DNA of 64,000 bases from Nageia nagi (Eukaryota > Plantae > Pinophyta): assembly GCA_050084985.1 (NCBI GenBank), contig JBITNC010000001.1, positions 138,570,001 to 138,634,000 on the forward strand. Direction: 5' to 3'. A program made the position numbers and the translations under genes. Positions 23,701 to 38,622 of the stretch are shown here, piece by piece. Within the stretch, counting starts at the first letter, position 1. Each line of letters starts with the position of its first letter. The notes beneath the pieces were generated by a model. That model ran no database searches. It was not told the DNA's origin and was given only the letters and a program-made list of their open reading frames with translations.

Positions 23701-25622
23701 AATAAGTTTGTAGGTGATGCAACCACGCTCTAGTAGTCGTCTTCTTCCTATCATACATTTATACCTATATCTTATTGATATTCTACTGTAGGTGCCTATT
23801 ATCATTCCATGATCTATTTGGAGTATGCAAATGATGTGAACTAATCCCTTTGAATCCTAGGATTTCTAAGTAGCCTCTAAAATTGACATCTCCTCTCAAT
23901 TCTAGATCCAAAATGTAATACTCCCCAAAAATCTAATTCAACTCCAATGAACCAAGTACCCTATTCTTTGCCTCTTCCCCAAACTTATTCATGAATATAG
24001 GTTTATATAGATTTGGAATGATAGGTTACTCATCCATCCTACCAACTACCTTCTCCACATACCTTCTTAGGATAGGGTTTGTACCCTAGAATTCCTTATG
24101 TGTGTGGGATCTAAGTCGACTCCTGATATCTCAAACTATAGGACCTCCCCATGCTCAGCTCATTATCTACCCTATCCTCCTTATGAGGTTCCTCTCTATC
24201 ATATTTATTAGGATGTGGGAGGCTAATCTATCTTTTAGGCTCATCATGAACCCCCATATGCCTATTTAGTTACTACTACATGGTGATAACAACTTCGATC
24301 ATGTTATGAATTATCAAAATGAGCTCATTAAAATTTTGTTCAAGGGTGGATTCTAGAATCAAAGTTGGTTTCCTCCTAATGGTGATCCTCAATATCTCCC
24401 TCAACCCCTCTTCTTCCTCTTTTAATATTCCTTCATTTTGCACCATATTCCTCCATTACTAGTGATCCTCCTCATGGATGGCCATAGAAGGTATCTCCTT
24501 AGTATATGACCTTTCACTTTTCCTAGTAGATGCCATCTCTATTCAAGTCTAGACTTGGTTTAGTAATAATGAACTATAGGTATCATACATAGTTTGGCTA
24601 GATCCAAGCTCTAATACCACTATAAAGGTCCAAACACAACCTCAACCAATAATCAACAAATTCAAACAAGTAAACCTTGATGTTAGGCCTAGGAAATCAA
24701 TTTCAAGTAGAACCATAAATATTGCATCATTAGGTTTAGGGCATCCACTTCAATTTATTATAATGTAAATATGCTAATTTCAAAGCTAGGGCTTTAGTAT
24801 TAAGCATTAACAATACCTATATGGTAACATCTCACCCATACTAGCATACATTAATGAAAAGTAGTCTAGAATACCAACATCTAGCCAATGTAAACATATA
24901 CAAACAATGGTAATTTAAATATTCATAAGATAAGTATACACAACATAAATTATGAGATCTAATACCATAATATATGTATTTATGATATAAAATGATAATA
25001 ATACAATACTAGGCCCAATAGGGCTGATGTTGGGCTCCAAGGAGCCAACTAGGGCATAACTGAATGTCTCTCACTACTAGAAAGATATCAAAACTATGGG
25101 ATATTATGCTCCCTCAAAATATAAATCCTCTACATTGAAGGAGCCCTCCTCAAACCTTGTACTACTACCAAAAGGATTACTTGCATCCTTTTTTGCATCT
25201 TAAAACATGAAAAAATAAAATAAATATTAAATTGTGCCCTCCTATGTCAACATGCATCATTTTATTTTATTTTTCCATTTTTTTATTTTTTTTGATGTAA
25301 ATTCCAAAGCAAATTTTTATGTGGGTAGTATGGGTACATTAAGTGTCAATGTAAGGGTATAGGAGTACCACACATACCCATGTTGGTCAAGGAGTCATAC
25401 GTGGGGTCTTGGTATCATGAAGGACCAACGTGGGGATATAGGAGCCTCCCCAAGGTTGGTGCATGCATGTAGGTATCTATACATTCATCTAAGTGTAATA
25501 ATAGAACTTGGGATTTCTATAATCATGATCTAGATCTCCAAGTATAATAATAACTCCTAATCTAAGCTTGGGAAGGAGACATCCCACTTGGGGCTCATAG
25601 GGGGCTGCATTGACCCATTACG
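20777..25622 (-). mobile_element. Old Ty3/Gypsy element: gag and protease relics, 30-bp array, no RT seen
   Basis: LTR similarity between 20777-~21320 and 24621-~25160. Degenerate Met PBS agctctaatacca at ~24607-24619. Gag TRAWLHHLQTYFTL...HFASLYFEGGSLEW (~23620-23760). Protease VFVNLGASHHFI (~22880-22920). No TSD recovered. Confidence 0.75.
21940..22470. repeat. Degenerate 30-bp tandem array inside the Gypsy element
   Basis: Units in 30-bp phase, e.g. gcctagcctctccaaggctcaatgtgggat / gctaagactttttaaagctcaatgtggtat / gcctagttgtcctaaagttgaatgtgagat. Confidence 0.75.
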
Positions 25623-25736
25623 TCTTCTATTCAAAGTCATAAACATGAAAATACAAGGTATTAATAAAATATATTATAAGAAGAACATATTAAATTCCAT
25701 TATTAATTACATCTTTGCAAAGATTAATGATTAGCA

Positions 25737-27240
25737 TTAGACACCTCCTATACTTTCCTCCTATGAATGAATCACTAAGATGATGAATTCATTAAATCAT
25801 AAGATTTACCTATTATAATTTTAAAAAGTTAGTGGTCATGTTAGAGAATTATAAATTATCTTTATTTATGAAGAGACATATGCATTGTGTTTCTCCTCAT
25901 CAAATTTTATGTTATTACAAGTGGACACCTGCATGGATTCAAAGCCTAGGTAGCACATAATTACAATAGATTTTCCTTGGGAGAGTTTAATGGTTTATGA
26001 ATACTCAAGGCTGATTAAGGGCATCCAAGGTTTAGGAGGAAAGCCTCATTCACTCTGGCCATCTATATAGAGCAAAATATAGATATTGCTAAATGCTATC
26101 AAAACATGTATTAAACAATGCCCAAACCCTATTGCATTATGAAATATTTGATACATCTAAAAGGCATTATCCTATTCCATAAGCTTTCTTCAACAAAATC
26201 AAGATTATAAATATTTAGAAGACCACAATATCAACATTACTACAAGCTTCTTGAAGGCATATTTACAAAATATACAACATGCCAAACTTCAAGACTCTAA
26301 GAAATATGAAAATCAAGTTTGTCCTTCTTATCACATAGACTTTCTTAGCAAGGCATTCAAAGAGTTCAAAAGTTATTGCACAAGATATTAATTACAATTA
26401 TGAGAAAAAATATTTCTCATCATAGGTGTGTGGTATGTCTCATTAAGCAAGTAGCCATAATTATTGTCTTAGGCACCAAATTCTACTGTTGCATTTCATT
26501 GAATTCATTAAATTCATTTTTGTTATCTTTTAATGATTTGAAAGTATGGAATAATGATTGCACTAGATAAGGGTGTTTGTTTCTCCATTGTGCTTAATGG
26601 TTAAATAGTAATTTTAGACACATCTTATACTTGCCTTGTATGAATGAACATCACTAAGATGATGAGTTCATCAAATCAAAAGATTTTTCTATTCTAATTT
26701 AAAATACTAGTGATCATGGTAGAGAATTATGGATTTTCATTCCTTATGAGAAGACATCTACATCCCTTTCATCTTCATGAAATTTTATGTTATTGGAAAT
26801 GGAAACCAATTGGGATTCAAAGCATAGGTAGCACATAATTACAACAAATTTTCCTAAATAAAGTTTAATGGTTAATGAACAAGAGGGAAGCCTTATTCAC
26901 TTTCGCCCTCTATATCTAGGAAAATACAGATATTGTAAAGGTTGTTAAAACACCTATTGAAGAGTACTCAAACATTCATGCATTGTAAATAATTTGATAC
27001 ATATAAATGAAATTATATTATTCCCTAAGATCTCTTAAAAAAAATCAAAACTTACAAATATTTAGAAGAATTCAATATCAACACTACTACGAGCTTCTTG
27101 GGAGCATATTTACAAAATGGCCAACATAAAAAATTACAAGAGACTAAGAAATATGAAAATTAAGTTTGTTCTTCTTGTCACATAGAATTTCTAAGTAGGG
27201 TGTTCAAGGAGTTCCACAATTATTATGGAAGCCATTAATT
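25737..27240. repeat. Diverged tandem repeat with ~880-bp period (25737-26400 and 26614-27240); partial homologs at ~20600-20776 and ~41690-41868
   Basis: Shared cactaagatgatga.ttcat, ggattcaaagc.taggtagcacataattac and ctaagaaatatgaaaat.aagtttgt. Confidence 0.8.
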
Positions 27241-29569
27241 ATGCCAATGATGGCTATTAGACCATGTCCAATGATGAAATGAAATTGGGCCATTGACTTA
27301 CTATGTAATTTCTTGGGTTGTATTAGGGAAACATATCTTGTCTTGTAAAATTACATAGTAAGCATCTTCTTTGAAGAGTTAGGGGAAATTTTTTTGATCA
27401 ATTATTATTGATTACTCTTAGACCATGCTTGATGATGAAATTAAGTTGAGCCATTTGTTTACTATGTGAGCACATGGGTTGTATTAAGGACATGTGTATT
27501 CTCTTGCATAATAAAGATAACCCAAATGATGATAATGTTGGGGGTTTATCAAATACTTATTGATGCAAATGCCCACTACTCACATCACAATCAATTAATC
27601 CCTCTCCCATTGGAAAATATAAAATACTACATTCATTGCTACCATACCAAAAGATGATGAGTTCTTTACTCCTTCCACTCCTCACACCACCAATCAATTA
27701 ATCCCTCTCAAATCCAAAAATAAAGAAATACTACATTCATTGCTACCATCCTGGCATATGATGAGTCCTATACTCCTCATAGGCTAAGGTTACCATGCTA
27801 GAACAAGATGAGTATTGTACTCTTTACAACCTTAATTTGAATTTTTTCCAACACTTATGGGTGCCAAGATTGGACATGTGGTAGTAGAGGTGAAAGGTAT
27901 ACATAGGACCCAGATCATACCAGTAAAGGAGTATTGATGTCTATAAAAAGGTAAATAGTAAGACCAAAATGTAGGAGCTAGATTGAGACTTTAATGGGGG
28001 TGTAAGTGCCATGGTGTTGAGATTTGGATGGTAGGTTGGTAGGCAGTGTTGGTAGTGCTAGGAGTTGATCAATAGAGTTGCAGGTGTTGGGGTGTGTTGG
28101 GATTAGGTTGATGGAGCTATGGGTAGTAGGAGTAGGCTGATATAGATGTGGGTATCAGGATACTAGGAGTAGGCTAATTAAGCTATTGGTACTATGAGAT
28201 TGAATACACTACCATGGATTGAATTTTGACAACTAAGGAAAGCAAGATGAAAGCTAGTGAGAATAAGTGCCAATGATCAAAGATAAAAGCTCATGCTCTT
28301 AGTAGATGATGTAAATGATTGGATGGGATCAAAGTTTTAAATATTATGGTATCTTGGTAGTCCCAAAAAAATTGAAGTGAGTTTGAAGAACAAGAAGCAT
28401 AAGACGTGGAGTATTTAAGCATTGATGTACATTATCAAGTAAAGTAGGCCTTGACACATGATGTCAGTGACCCTAGATATGCAAGAAAAAATTAAGGTTG
28501 ATGAAGAGCAATTATTTTCCTACAATGTACCCATTTCACTTAATTGTAATAGCTAGAGTATACTTTTTTTAGTTTATCATAACAAAATCAATGCATGAAC
28601 ATATTGGTTTTCTCTACCTCTATGAAAAGGATATTGAAATAAAGTATCATTTTATATCTATTTAGATAATCATACCATTAAAATTATATTATAAATTATG
28701 AAGAAATTAGTTTATCCATGAATAATGCAAGAAGGGAGCCCTTATTATAGGATTCTACCAATATAACAGAAAATGGGAATAGTTACCTTAAATATATTTA
28801 TGAAACAATGATAGTTCCCTCTTCCTTTATACAAGGAGGATCAAGGTTTTTTGGGATTTAGATATTCAATTATGTGAGAACAAATTGAAAAAAAAATGTA
28901 ATAAAGATGCATACAAAGAGAATACTAAATTTGACAAGGTTCACTCAACAACTCATTGAGCTACATCCCCATAGAAGCACTAGCACTTAAATCATTGTTT
29001 CCTCCAATAAATATAATGTATAAAAGAAAGGAAGAAATATGAAATATTCCTTATTGTAACACCCACTCTATCTTCATATAGTACATCATGCAACCAACAT
29101 CTTCTTAGACATGGGTTCTCCTTACCCATAACTATGTAGTCTCTATCACAACTATAAGAATAAGAGTGTTGAACTACTATAAATAATGAGTAATCTAACA
29201 TATGGCATCAATGTAGACTCCTCAAAACACCTCCTTACACTCACAATATAAAATTACAATGTTAGCTAAATTTATCATCTCAAAAGCTTATAATAGAGAA
29301 TTACATTAAGAATATCTCAGCATTATAGCCAATGTATGTGAATATTGATATCACTTACCTTTTGGACATTACTGCCTCTGGTATTACTGCATCTCACATT
29401 ATGCAACATATTATTATATATAAAATTACCATACTATATTATTTTAGAATTTTACATGCTTTATTATTGATAGTAAGAATAAGCTAATATCCAAAATTCC
29501 TATGACTACAAATAAGATATTTACTCTTATCATTAGAAGAGTTTGCATTTATGTTTCAATACCATAGGA

Positions 29570-30130
29570 AGAGATTTAAAATGAATATGTAATATTAAAT
29601 TTGATAATTTAAATCTTATTGAACTAAATATTTTACTTAAGAGGAATAGGGTAATAGGTTTAGTGCTCATCCAAAGGCTAGATCCAGAATGCAAGGGATG
29701 CATAATAGGAAAATACCATAGAGAATCATTTCTAATAGGAAGGTCCTAGAGAGCTATTAGAGATAGTACTCTTAGAGCTAATTAGACCATTTTAGATTAC
29801 TTAATTATTAGGTATGATGCATTTCTTCACATTTATTGATGATTATAGTAGGAAGCTCTAGGTATATCCATTAAAAGAAAAATCTAAAACTTTCAAAACA
29901 TTTAAATAATTAGCTGAGAAGTAGAATAGTTATTTTCTCAAAATTTTAAGAAGTAATAGAGTTGGAGAGTACATCTCATACAAATTTTAGAATTTTTACA
30001 TTAAGAATGAATTAAAAAAGGTAGCTAACAACCAAGGAAACTTCCTTAATAAAATAACATAGTTGAGAGGAAGAGTAGAAAAATGGTAGATATGGTAAGG
30101 AGATGTTTAAAGCTAATACTTTACCTAATA
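29570..30130 (+). mobile_element. Copia GAG-pre-integrase and integrase fragment (5' part repeated at ~59400-59750)
   Basis: ECKGCIIGKYHRESF, FTFIDDYSRKL*VYPLKEKS, LKILRSNRVGEY, NNIVERKSRKMVDMVR. Confidence 0.8.
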
Positions 30131-30865
30131 ATCCATTGAGATTTGCTCATCATATCCATTAGAAGTACAAATGAAGCAACCTAAACTCACTTCACATAAA
30201 ATCTTCCATACTTTTAGGTTTCTCTTTGTTTCCTATGGTGAAGTTAGTTCAATTCTTAGTAAGTCTCCTCCTATTCTTCTTTCCTATCTAACCTTGATTT
30301 TCTCCTAATAGCTTTGCATCACTATGTTCCTTTCCTAATCTTATTTTGAATACAAACTTATGCCTTGAATTCATCCTACATGCAATGGATTCACATGAAA
30401 TAGATGATCTAACTATTCTTACTGCAAATGTAACTTCTATGGGTTCAACATACATCATTTCACCATGTGTCCCAAGTGAGCAAGTTAAGAATAACTCTTG
30501 ATTTGACTCTCATATCCTTCATAAAAAATTATAGTTAGATTATCTACATTTAAATCTTATTATAAAATATGATTTTTAAATTATTCAAGAATTTTAAATA
30601 TACGTACTTCTTTAGCACATTCAAGAATTAATAAGAAGTATGATAGTTTAGGAGTGTTAAATACATATAACTAATTGGTATGCATCTTGACTACATCTAC
30701 ATAATACATTGCTAAAGGGAAATGATTACCATATTTATACCAATAATACAAAGACTCTTTATTTAAAAAAATGTATTTAAGAATATTCATATAGAATAAT
30801 ATTTGTTGTATCCCATTAACATATTCATAACAATGTGAATCCTTACAAGTTAGAACATAATCCAA

Positions 30866-30885
30866 TTTTTTTTTTTTTTTTTTTT
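30866..30885. repeat. Poly(T) run, 20 nt
   Basis: Seen directly. Confidence 0.9.
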
Positions 30886-32540
30886 GGTTATTTGTCTTCT
30901 TTCTTCCTTTATTGAAACTTGATTATTTTAATATAACGATAAATATAACATTGTATTAATAAAAACTAAATTCACATTCTTTATTGGTAAAAAAAAAAAA
31001 TTAATATTAATACTTATTTCATATAATAAATAGAACAAGTTATATGCTTAAGAGTTGAATCGATATGATAATTAAGAATAAAATTTAATAAATACATCAA
31101 ACCATTGAAAATTTGAAAGAAAAATAATAAATTTGGATAATTGTTTGTATGTAGCATCACATAGGTGACATGAATGGTGATCTTTTCAATTAGTTGTATG
31201 ACTTGGATAATATATTTATGCTTCTCCAATGCCAAATAATTGCATTCTTAGTTAAAAAGATGAATCAAAATAAATATGAAAATAATTCATTATGTAATAT
31301 CATCAAACTTGTCAATCGACCAATGTTTGTAGGAGATATACAAAAAAAAATGACTCTTAGACTCTGAAAGTGACAAGATATTCAAAAAGTATTGTTAAAT
31401 CTTATTTATAAGAAAAAGAGGCCACTAGGCATCATAATATAGGCTAAATACTATGGTAGTTAAAGGAGAGAGAAAAGATTTCACAAAAAGAGAAGAAAGG
31501 GATAGCTCTAGATCGATGGACTAATTCACAAAATAAAATAAATGAGCCACCTAATCCTTTTTTCAAGGGAAAAGGATGACACATGGAATCCCAGTGTTGG
31601 CTGATCTTATAGTGATGTAGAGGCATATTTATACCATACGAAAGCATCCTAATGGCTCTATGTTTCCTCCACACAGCAGCAGCATGCCCCCACACCAATG
31701 GTAAAAATCTTGAAACTCACCAAAATATTTTACATAACATTTTTTATGTTCAAATTAATCTTTTTAATTTTTAATATTTTTGTTAAAATCACCTTTTCTA
31801 TGAATTTGATTTACAAAAAATTTTCTATGTGACTTTTGAGGCAGGGCTCTGAAAATGAACCTTTTCATCATCCATGAGATAATGCTTGAATATACAAATT
31901 TTTCATGAGCCAAACTCCACATTTCACCCAACTACTATTAATCTTCACATCTTAGAAATCTTATCTAAAATATGATAATATATAAAAATGCTTATTCTTT
32001 ACTATCAATCAATATAATTACATCTTGATTGAAAATATTACCTTCAAACTTCATACTATGGAATAGGCAGCTTATATTTAGAATCTTTCTTATTAACCTC
32101 ATAATCAAATTTCCATTACTTTAAGGGTTCATTTTTATGAGGAATCTTCATTTTATTTATTGGTTAAAGTTTCATGTACCTTCATTCATGTTCTAAATGA
32201 ACTTTTTTTTGTTTTATCTCTTAGACCAGAACTTGGATTTCTTACCCATATTATCATCCGTAGTTAAATACTCAAGATAGGTATTCCTAAAAGTTTGGTT
32301 GCTTTCCTTCTTCCTAGCCATGTCATATGGCTTTTGGAGGGTCTTGAATTAATGTAGATTTATAATAGTCTTGATCTTGCAATTTATTCCCAAGATGACT
32401 TTTTGAATCTTTAGTTTTTTTAAGTCTCATATTAAAACTGATGAAGATCATGTGAAGAGGGAGAGTTTCAAGCCTAGGACCTCTTTTCTTCCACTTGAGA
32501 TATTTAAACACCCACTTGGCTCTCCAACTCCCCTCATGAT

Positions 32541-32960
32541 TTGATGAATAGAGAATTTATCAATAGGTATTTACGCAAAAAAATATATGTAAATGAACCT
32601 CTAAAATTTGAGAAGGATGGAACACTTGACTTTATGTACAACCTTAAGAAGTCAATTTACAATTTGAAGAAAGATCTAAGGCATGATAAAGGTAAACACT
32701 TTTCTCACAAATTCAATTTTTATGATATAAGTAGAATTTAATATATCTATTATAAAGTAAGGGATGATCATAAATTTTCCATTACATTACATGTTAATTT
32801 TCTTATTAGCACAAATTATCCAAATAAGATCCAAATATTTATGAATAGACTAAATGATACCTTTTAGATTGTTGATTTAGGAGTTAATAATTTCTTGATT
32901 TGCAAGTAAGTAAGTTTAGGAAGATATTTCTTTTTATCAATAAAATTATGTTTTGAATAA
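32541..32960 (+). mobile_element. Copia reverse transcriptase fragment
   Basis: EFINRYLRKKIYVNEPLKFEKDG..FMYNLKKSIYNLKK resembles AFLNGxLxEEIYVxQPxGF...KLKKSLYGLKQ. Confidence 0.75.
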
Positions 32961-33250
32961 TTTTGAAAAATAATACTACTTAAAAATTAAAATTAATACT
33001 TGTTGCATATAATAAATAAAACATAGTATATGTTTTAAACAAAGACATGAATCAATATATAATTAATACCTCAATGAATTAGAAGCATAAAAGAAAAACA
33101 AATAAAATTCGGATAAATATTTGTATTCGGCATCACATAGTTGCAATGAAAGCTGATTTAGTCAAATAATCTAATGTACATGAAGGGCCAAATTGTTAAA
33201 AAAAACAATCAATTTGGGCATCCGTCTGTATTGAATGGAATGAGCTTATC

Positions 33251-34220
33251 TCAAGAAGAAGAAGAAAGACTGTTCAAGAGTGCAACTCTAGCAGAAATAA
33301 AAACTTTGAAGAGATGGTCTATTTTGTGATCCAAAAGGGCTAGAGCTCTGTCCAAGTCTTGGAGTGCCGTGTTGATTTCAGAGAGTTCAAGAGTCATGTG
33401 CAGCTTGGAGTTGGAGTTGAGTCGATTGTTGAGGTTATCAAGTGCAACATCTGCCCTCTCTAACTCGACCAACAACCACCTCTTGGACTTCCACCTTCTC
33501 ATTTCAACGCTTGCTTTAGCTTGGTTTGTAGATTGCTAAGAGGAAGTAATAGAGATAGAGACGGCATCCTAAGAGGGTTGACGGAAAATGAAGCCACTAG
33601 TGCAGAACACACCAAGATGGCAATTGCCATAGCATGGTTCACGGCATTGAAAGCTTCTTCACCTGATCGTGCTTGCGCTTTTGCCTGGAGGCTTACGTTA
33701 TCAGCCATTCGCCTGAGTGTGGACATGCATTTCTCAAGTCTGGATTGGACGCCCTTATTCTTTAGGCCTGACAAACTGGCAAGTAAGCTGCCCGATCTTT
33801 GAAGGGCATTGATTCGAATGGCTACCTGCACAGATGTGTGCTGCTTCCTCGTTTCAGCTATGCTGTCTCTCACACATTGCAGATGTCTAGCAGGTGCAGC
33901 ATGTCTTCCAGATGTAGGTCCACTCATTTGTATCCCTTACTTGTGCCATCAATGTCAAACCCTAATTCTGAGGATCTGCGACAAGCGTTGATCACCACCT
34001 CCAAAGCTTCTCCAAGCCACTCTGCGCAGTAATATGAACAAGAAGGCTGTTCTTGTAATGTTTCCAGATCAGCTGCGAATTCAGAGATGGCTGGGTGCCT
34101 CTCGAGTGTGGAGAGCATACTCCTTGATCGCTTATGCCTGTGCCCATCTCTGCGTGGAGAGAGGTAGCGCAGGGCTAAGGCCGCTCCAAGAGACGAGAGA
34201 AGAGATCCAGGGGCGCTCAT
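33251..34220 (-). pseudogene. DUF241/BPS1-family pseudogene, copy A2
   Basis: TGG>TGA stop at 33924 and 1-nt deletions at ~33872 and ~33510 split it into ORFs 33924-34337, 33499-33927 and 33251-33502. Confidence 0.9.
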
Positions 34221-35579
34221 GGTGGTCGGGATTACTGATGCTTTGGCATTTACATATGTATTTATATTTCTGCAAGATGGGGAACAAAGAGAAAGAATCC
34301 CGCGAAAACCAAAAGCAACTAATCTTAAGAAAATCAAGCTAGCGTAGCTTCTGTCCTCTTCTTGTTGGGTCCTTGCAGACGATTCCTCTTTCAGCTCACC
34401 ATGTGTCCAACTAATTTCCTCCTCCTAAAATCCATATTTTATTGCAGAAACGACCTTCGCATATTGTTATCTTACAACTATTTTGGTGGATCTCTTACAT
34501 ACTATAAATCAATCTCTAGTGTGTGCTGTCCTCCTCACCAACAACAAAGGGGACAGCTTTTCGTTGTCATGAAAGGATTCTCATCTTCCATGACGAATAT
34601 TAAGGTTTTCACCAAGCTATGACTGTCTGCTTCAGAGATGAAAGGATGACAACAATCACCTTCGTGATGAATATGAAAGTCTTTCGTCAAGCTATGATTG
34701 TCTCCTTAAGAGATGAAGCGATGACAAGATTCATTTGAGTTGTGTTATTTAGTAGTATTGTTGTATTTAGTTGTTGTATTTTCTACCTATAATATCAAAA
34801 TGGATACATAAGTAAAGTATCATTTTATGTCTATATAGATAATCATGTCGTTAAAACTATAAAACACATGATGGATATTTTAATTTATTCATGAATAATG
34901 TAAGAAGGGATCCATTGTGGTAGGATGCTACCAATAGAACTGAAAACAAACATAAATAAGAATAAACTCAACACTTCATTTTTGTATTAGGTACATATTT
35001 CTAATAACTTGTAAGGATCTGAATGTATACTACATGATTATATACACCAAGATATAATATATTTCTTAAAATACTCCAAATACAACCATACAAATTTAAG
35101 ATCATATTCAAAGCATTTAATATGTATCTTTTATAATGAAATAAGATATTCAATTAAAATTTAATGAAAATTTTGACTTCATGATTTTTTTAATATACTT
35201 ACATTTCATATTTGATCATATGTAATATTTGTTTAGTTTTTACTTTTTTGAAGTATATAAGATTTAGTATTCCTTATAATTCTTGGTAATATTATCTACA
35301 ATATCTTAATAAATATTATTATAATATCTTAACAAAGGATTTAGAAATAAGATTGATTAAGATCCTAGCAATTATACTTTAAGAGGAAGAACTGATTTTT
35401 TTATCAAGGATCGGAAAATATGTGATGAAATAATTATTGTACATGGAATAATCCATTCAATAAGTAGAAATAAAAAGCTAGTTGTGATGATTAAGCCTTA
35501 CATAAGGAAAATATATGTCAAAATATCATGAATATTATATAACAAGTTCATATAAAATAGAAAAATATATTTTAATGTT

Positions 35580-36830
35580 CACGAGTGATCGAAAATAGGT
35601 CATAGGGACTCAACATTGGTACAATCTAGTTAAATGATAAAAAGAACTAGAGTTGGTAACCCTTGGGACTTACAAAAGAAAATAAAATAATTATTAAGAG
35701 TGTCCCAAGCTAGAAGAGGGATCACTTGTAGAGGAAAGGAAACTAGTAATACATAGCTATCATTTAAGCTATAATTGGACAATGCCTGTATCAGATATGA
35801 GATGATGTCATGTCAACCTAAGACTATAAGTATCCTAAAGAGTATTTTATGAAGGATATTTCCTCATAATAGGATCTAAAATAGGCTAAATGAAAGAGCT
35901 AATCACTTTGGTTGTATGTGGGATCTCTATATATTGTGGTAAAGATACTTGCTTGAAGAGGATGATCTATCTCAAAAATAGTGCTAGGCATCTTTGGTTA
36001 AGAAAATAAAAAATATGTGCAAGGAGCCCCGAGAATCCTTGTACAAGTAATAATATCATCCTAGGTAGGTGTAAGTAGTGCAAATCTCAATTATCTCACC
36101 TTTATAGGAAAAATGGTATCTAGGAAGAGTGCCACTAGAGGTTTTAAAGATCATGATCTTGGTTTTATCAAGGTTATCTATGAGATATTTTTGGCCGCTC
36201 AAACTAGAAAGTATATCCAATTATCTCTGAATACCCTCAAGAGAGTCTGATAAGAGAATCACATCATTTACAAATAGAAGTATACTAATTTAGATTTGAT
36301 GAAGTAAACAACTATTTTGTATGTGAGTGTGTAGTTAAACAATGTCCTCAAGGTCATCAATATACATGCCAAAGAGAGTGGGTGAAAGAGGGAACCCTTG
36401 CTTAACTCTTGTAGTTTTAGTGACCATATCTAAAAAATCATTCATAATTTAGAATCCACCAACCACTATAGCATAATACTTTATGATGGAAATAAAAAAT
36501 GTATAAGAGATACCAATAGTACATTAATTTTGAAAAAGTAAGTATCATGGGATAGAAGGGAGAAAATTGAAGGTGGAGGCATTTAGGAGGGGTTTACTAA
36601 GAGAAAAAGGAATAGAACTACATGGTATGTAAAAGAAAGACTATGTGATATAGTAAGGTCCTGAATTCAAGGAATAAAATGTAAGCTAGCTAATACATAG
36701 TCCACAACACTTGCTCCTCAATTATAAGAAAATTTGATGAATCTACTAGAGTAAGGAAGATAACAATACACCATTACAATTCAAAAAAATAATGTTAAAC
36801 CTATCATTGATTACTAATTCTAGAGAGCAC
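35580..36830 (-). mobile_element. Second, internally deleted copy of the LINE relic
   Basis: Paralog of 11720-14810 lacking about 12184-13100 and 13595-14545; retains VKQGFPLSPTLFGMYID. Confidence 0.82.
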
Positions 36831-38564
36831 CTTAATTTAATTGGCCAAGGGCATGACCAAAAGAAGGAGGTGAATCATGAGTTAGTAATATATGATCATA
36901 GATAACAACCCATTTTTTTCCTTTTATGAAACAATAACTAGACCTTAAGCCTTATATAGCTCTTCAATTTTAATTCATGTGAGATCATATAAGTAAATTT
37001 TGTATGGAAGAAGAAGCAATTTGTTTTTTTCTTGAAAGGCTTGTAAGTGATTATTTGTTACTTTAAATCAATCAATTAATGTGTCATTTTTTATAGTCTA
37101 TATTTTTTCTAGGGTAATACTTTTCAGGTCCAAAGTGTCATGAATGAATATGTGCCCATCTTGTAATGGAGAGTTGGTTTTAGGAAGACCAAAATTTCAA
37201 AGATTGAGTTCCTTAGTATGGCACACCATATCTTTTGTAAATTCATCTTATTGAACCAAGTCATCACAAAGGAAGGCTTTTTATCCTTAGCTACTTGATC
37301 CCATGAATGATGTTTCATGACCTACTTCTATATAGCTTGTTGTTGAATAGTGGTTTCCTACTTGAGTTATTCATGTTGTGTGAGAATTTTTGATTAGTTA
37401 TATTTAAGTTTAGTAACCACTTCCTAGACTTGTTGTAATTCTTGATGTGAAATTATACTAGAAGAGGAGGTTTGAGAGATTCAAGTATCTCATTTCTACT
37501 CTTCATCTATAATATGAATTGGTCCTTTTATGTGATTATTGTTTAAGCAATGCAAGCATTTTTTGAGAGCCAACAATAATCATTTCTAATTGTGAGATAG
37601 ACTAATAAGCTTGAGCTTATTCATTAATAGTATTTCTTTACTCTTGTAATTGAGAAGTCTGTTATGCTTGTGTAGTGATGGTGTCCTTTTTCTTTGAGAC
37701 TAGAATATATATATCTTAGTTTCACTTCTTGAATAGGTCTAGTTTGAATTGAAATAAGTTGATCTTCCCTTGGGTATTTGATTTTTTTGTATACAAATAT
37801 TTAATAAATTGATTTTTGTACTTTTTGAAGATCATATAGGTTTAGGAATCATTTGCATGCAAGATTAGGTTGCATGTAGATGAATAAGGGTACATGTAGA
37901 TGAATCAAGGTATATGTATATGAATGAAGCATATCACTACTAGAAAACCCTAGATATACATCATTTTTTATATCCAAACGTAGTAATTTTTTTAATATTC
38001 TTTAATCAAAACCTATGCAAATTTGGATGTAGCTAACATAATAGAATTCGCATTAGTTTTTGCATCTTTCTTTAGTCATTTTTCACATCCATTTTGTATA
38101 TATTCAAGGTTTTTTTTTGCATCCAAATGTATTATTTCATGTCATATTTAATTTCCTTTTTAACATCATTTGGGATTTTTTTTTGTGTTAGTTTGTATCT
38201 TATTTTGTATTGTTTGGTGTATTAATTTATATCAATATTTGCATCTAGTTGCATTTGATTTTACTTCTATATGGGTAATTTTAAATGTTGAATTTTTTCA
38301 AAAAAATTTTAAAAATAATTATTTTTAAATAATTCATATAATTTTATTTAATTTCATTAATTCAATAATTAAAATATATTATAATTATATATACAAATAT
38401 ATAGACCAAAAAATACAATAAAATACATCAAAATATGCTAAAATTTGCAAATAAATATATAAATCAAAATGATAACATATACATCAAAACATTATAACAA
38501 CCATATCAAAATATATAAGTTAAAATATTCCAAAATGATATACATATATATGTCTAAATAAGCC

Positions 38565-38569
<5 letters not shown>

Positions 38570-38597
<28 letters not shown>
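38570..38597. repeat. (TA)n microsatellite
   Basis: Seen directly. Confidence 0.9.
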
Positions 38598-38601
<4 letters not shown>

Positions 38602-38622
38602 CATATGTAAAAATGATACAAT

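Larger units (their letters stand above)
31000..35090. repeat. Segmental duplication paralogous to ~59758-64000
   Basis: Colinear, highly similar block including the Copia RT fragment, the A gene and its upstream region. Confidence 0.92.

Noticed and set aside
27860-28520. G/T-skewed tract, Pro/Thr-rich on the minus strand
   Set aside because: Probably a decayed retroelement, but no diagnostic motif could be read.
28885-29260. Copia-LTR-like motif (ggttcac...gctacatcc), also near 58430-58560
   Set aside because: Only short motif similarity; no boundaries or TSD.
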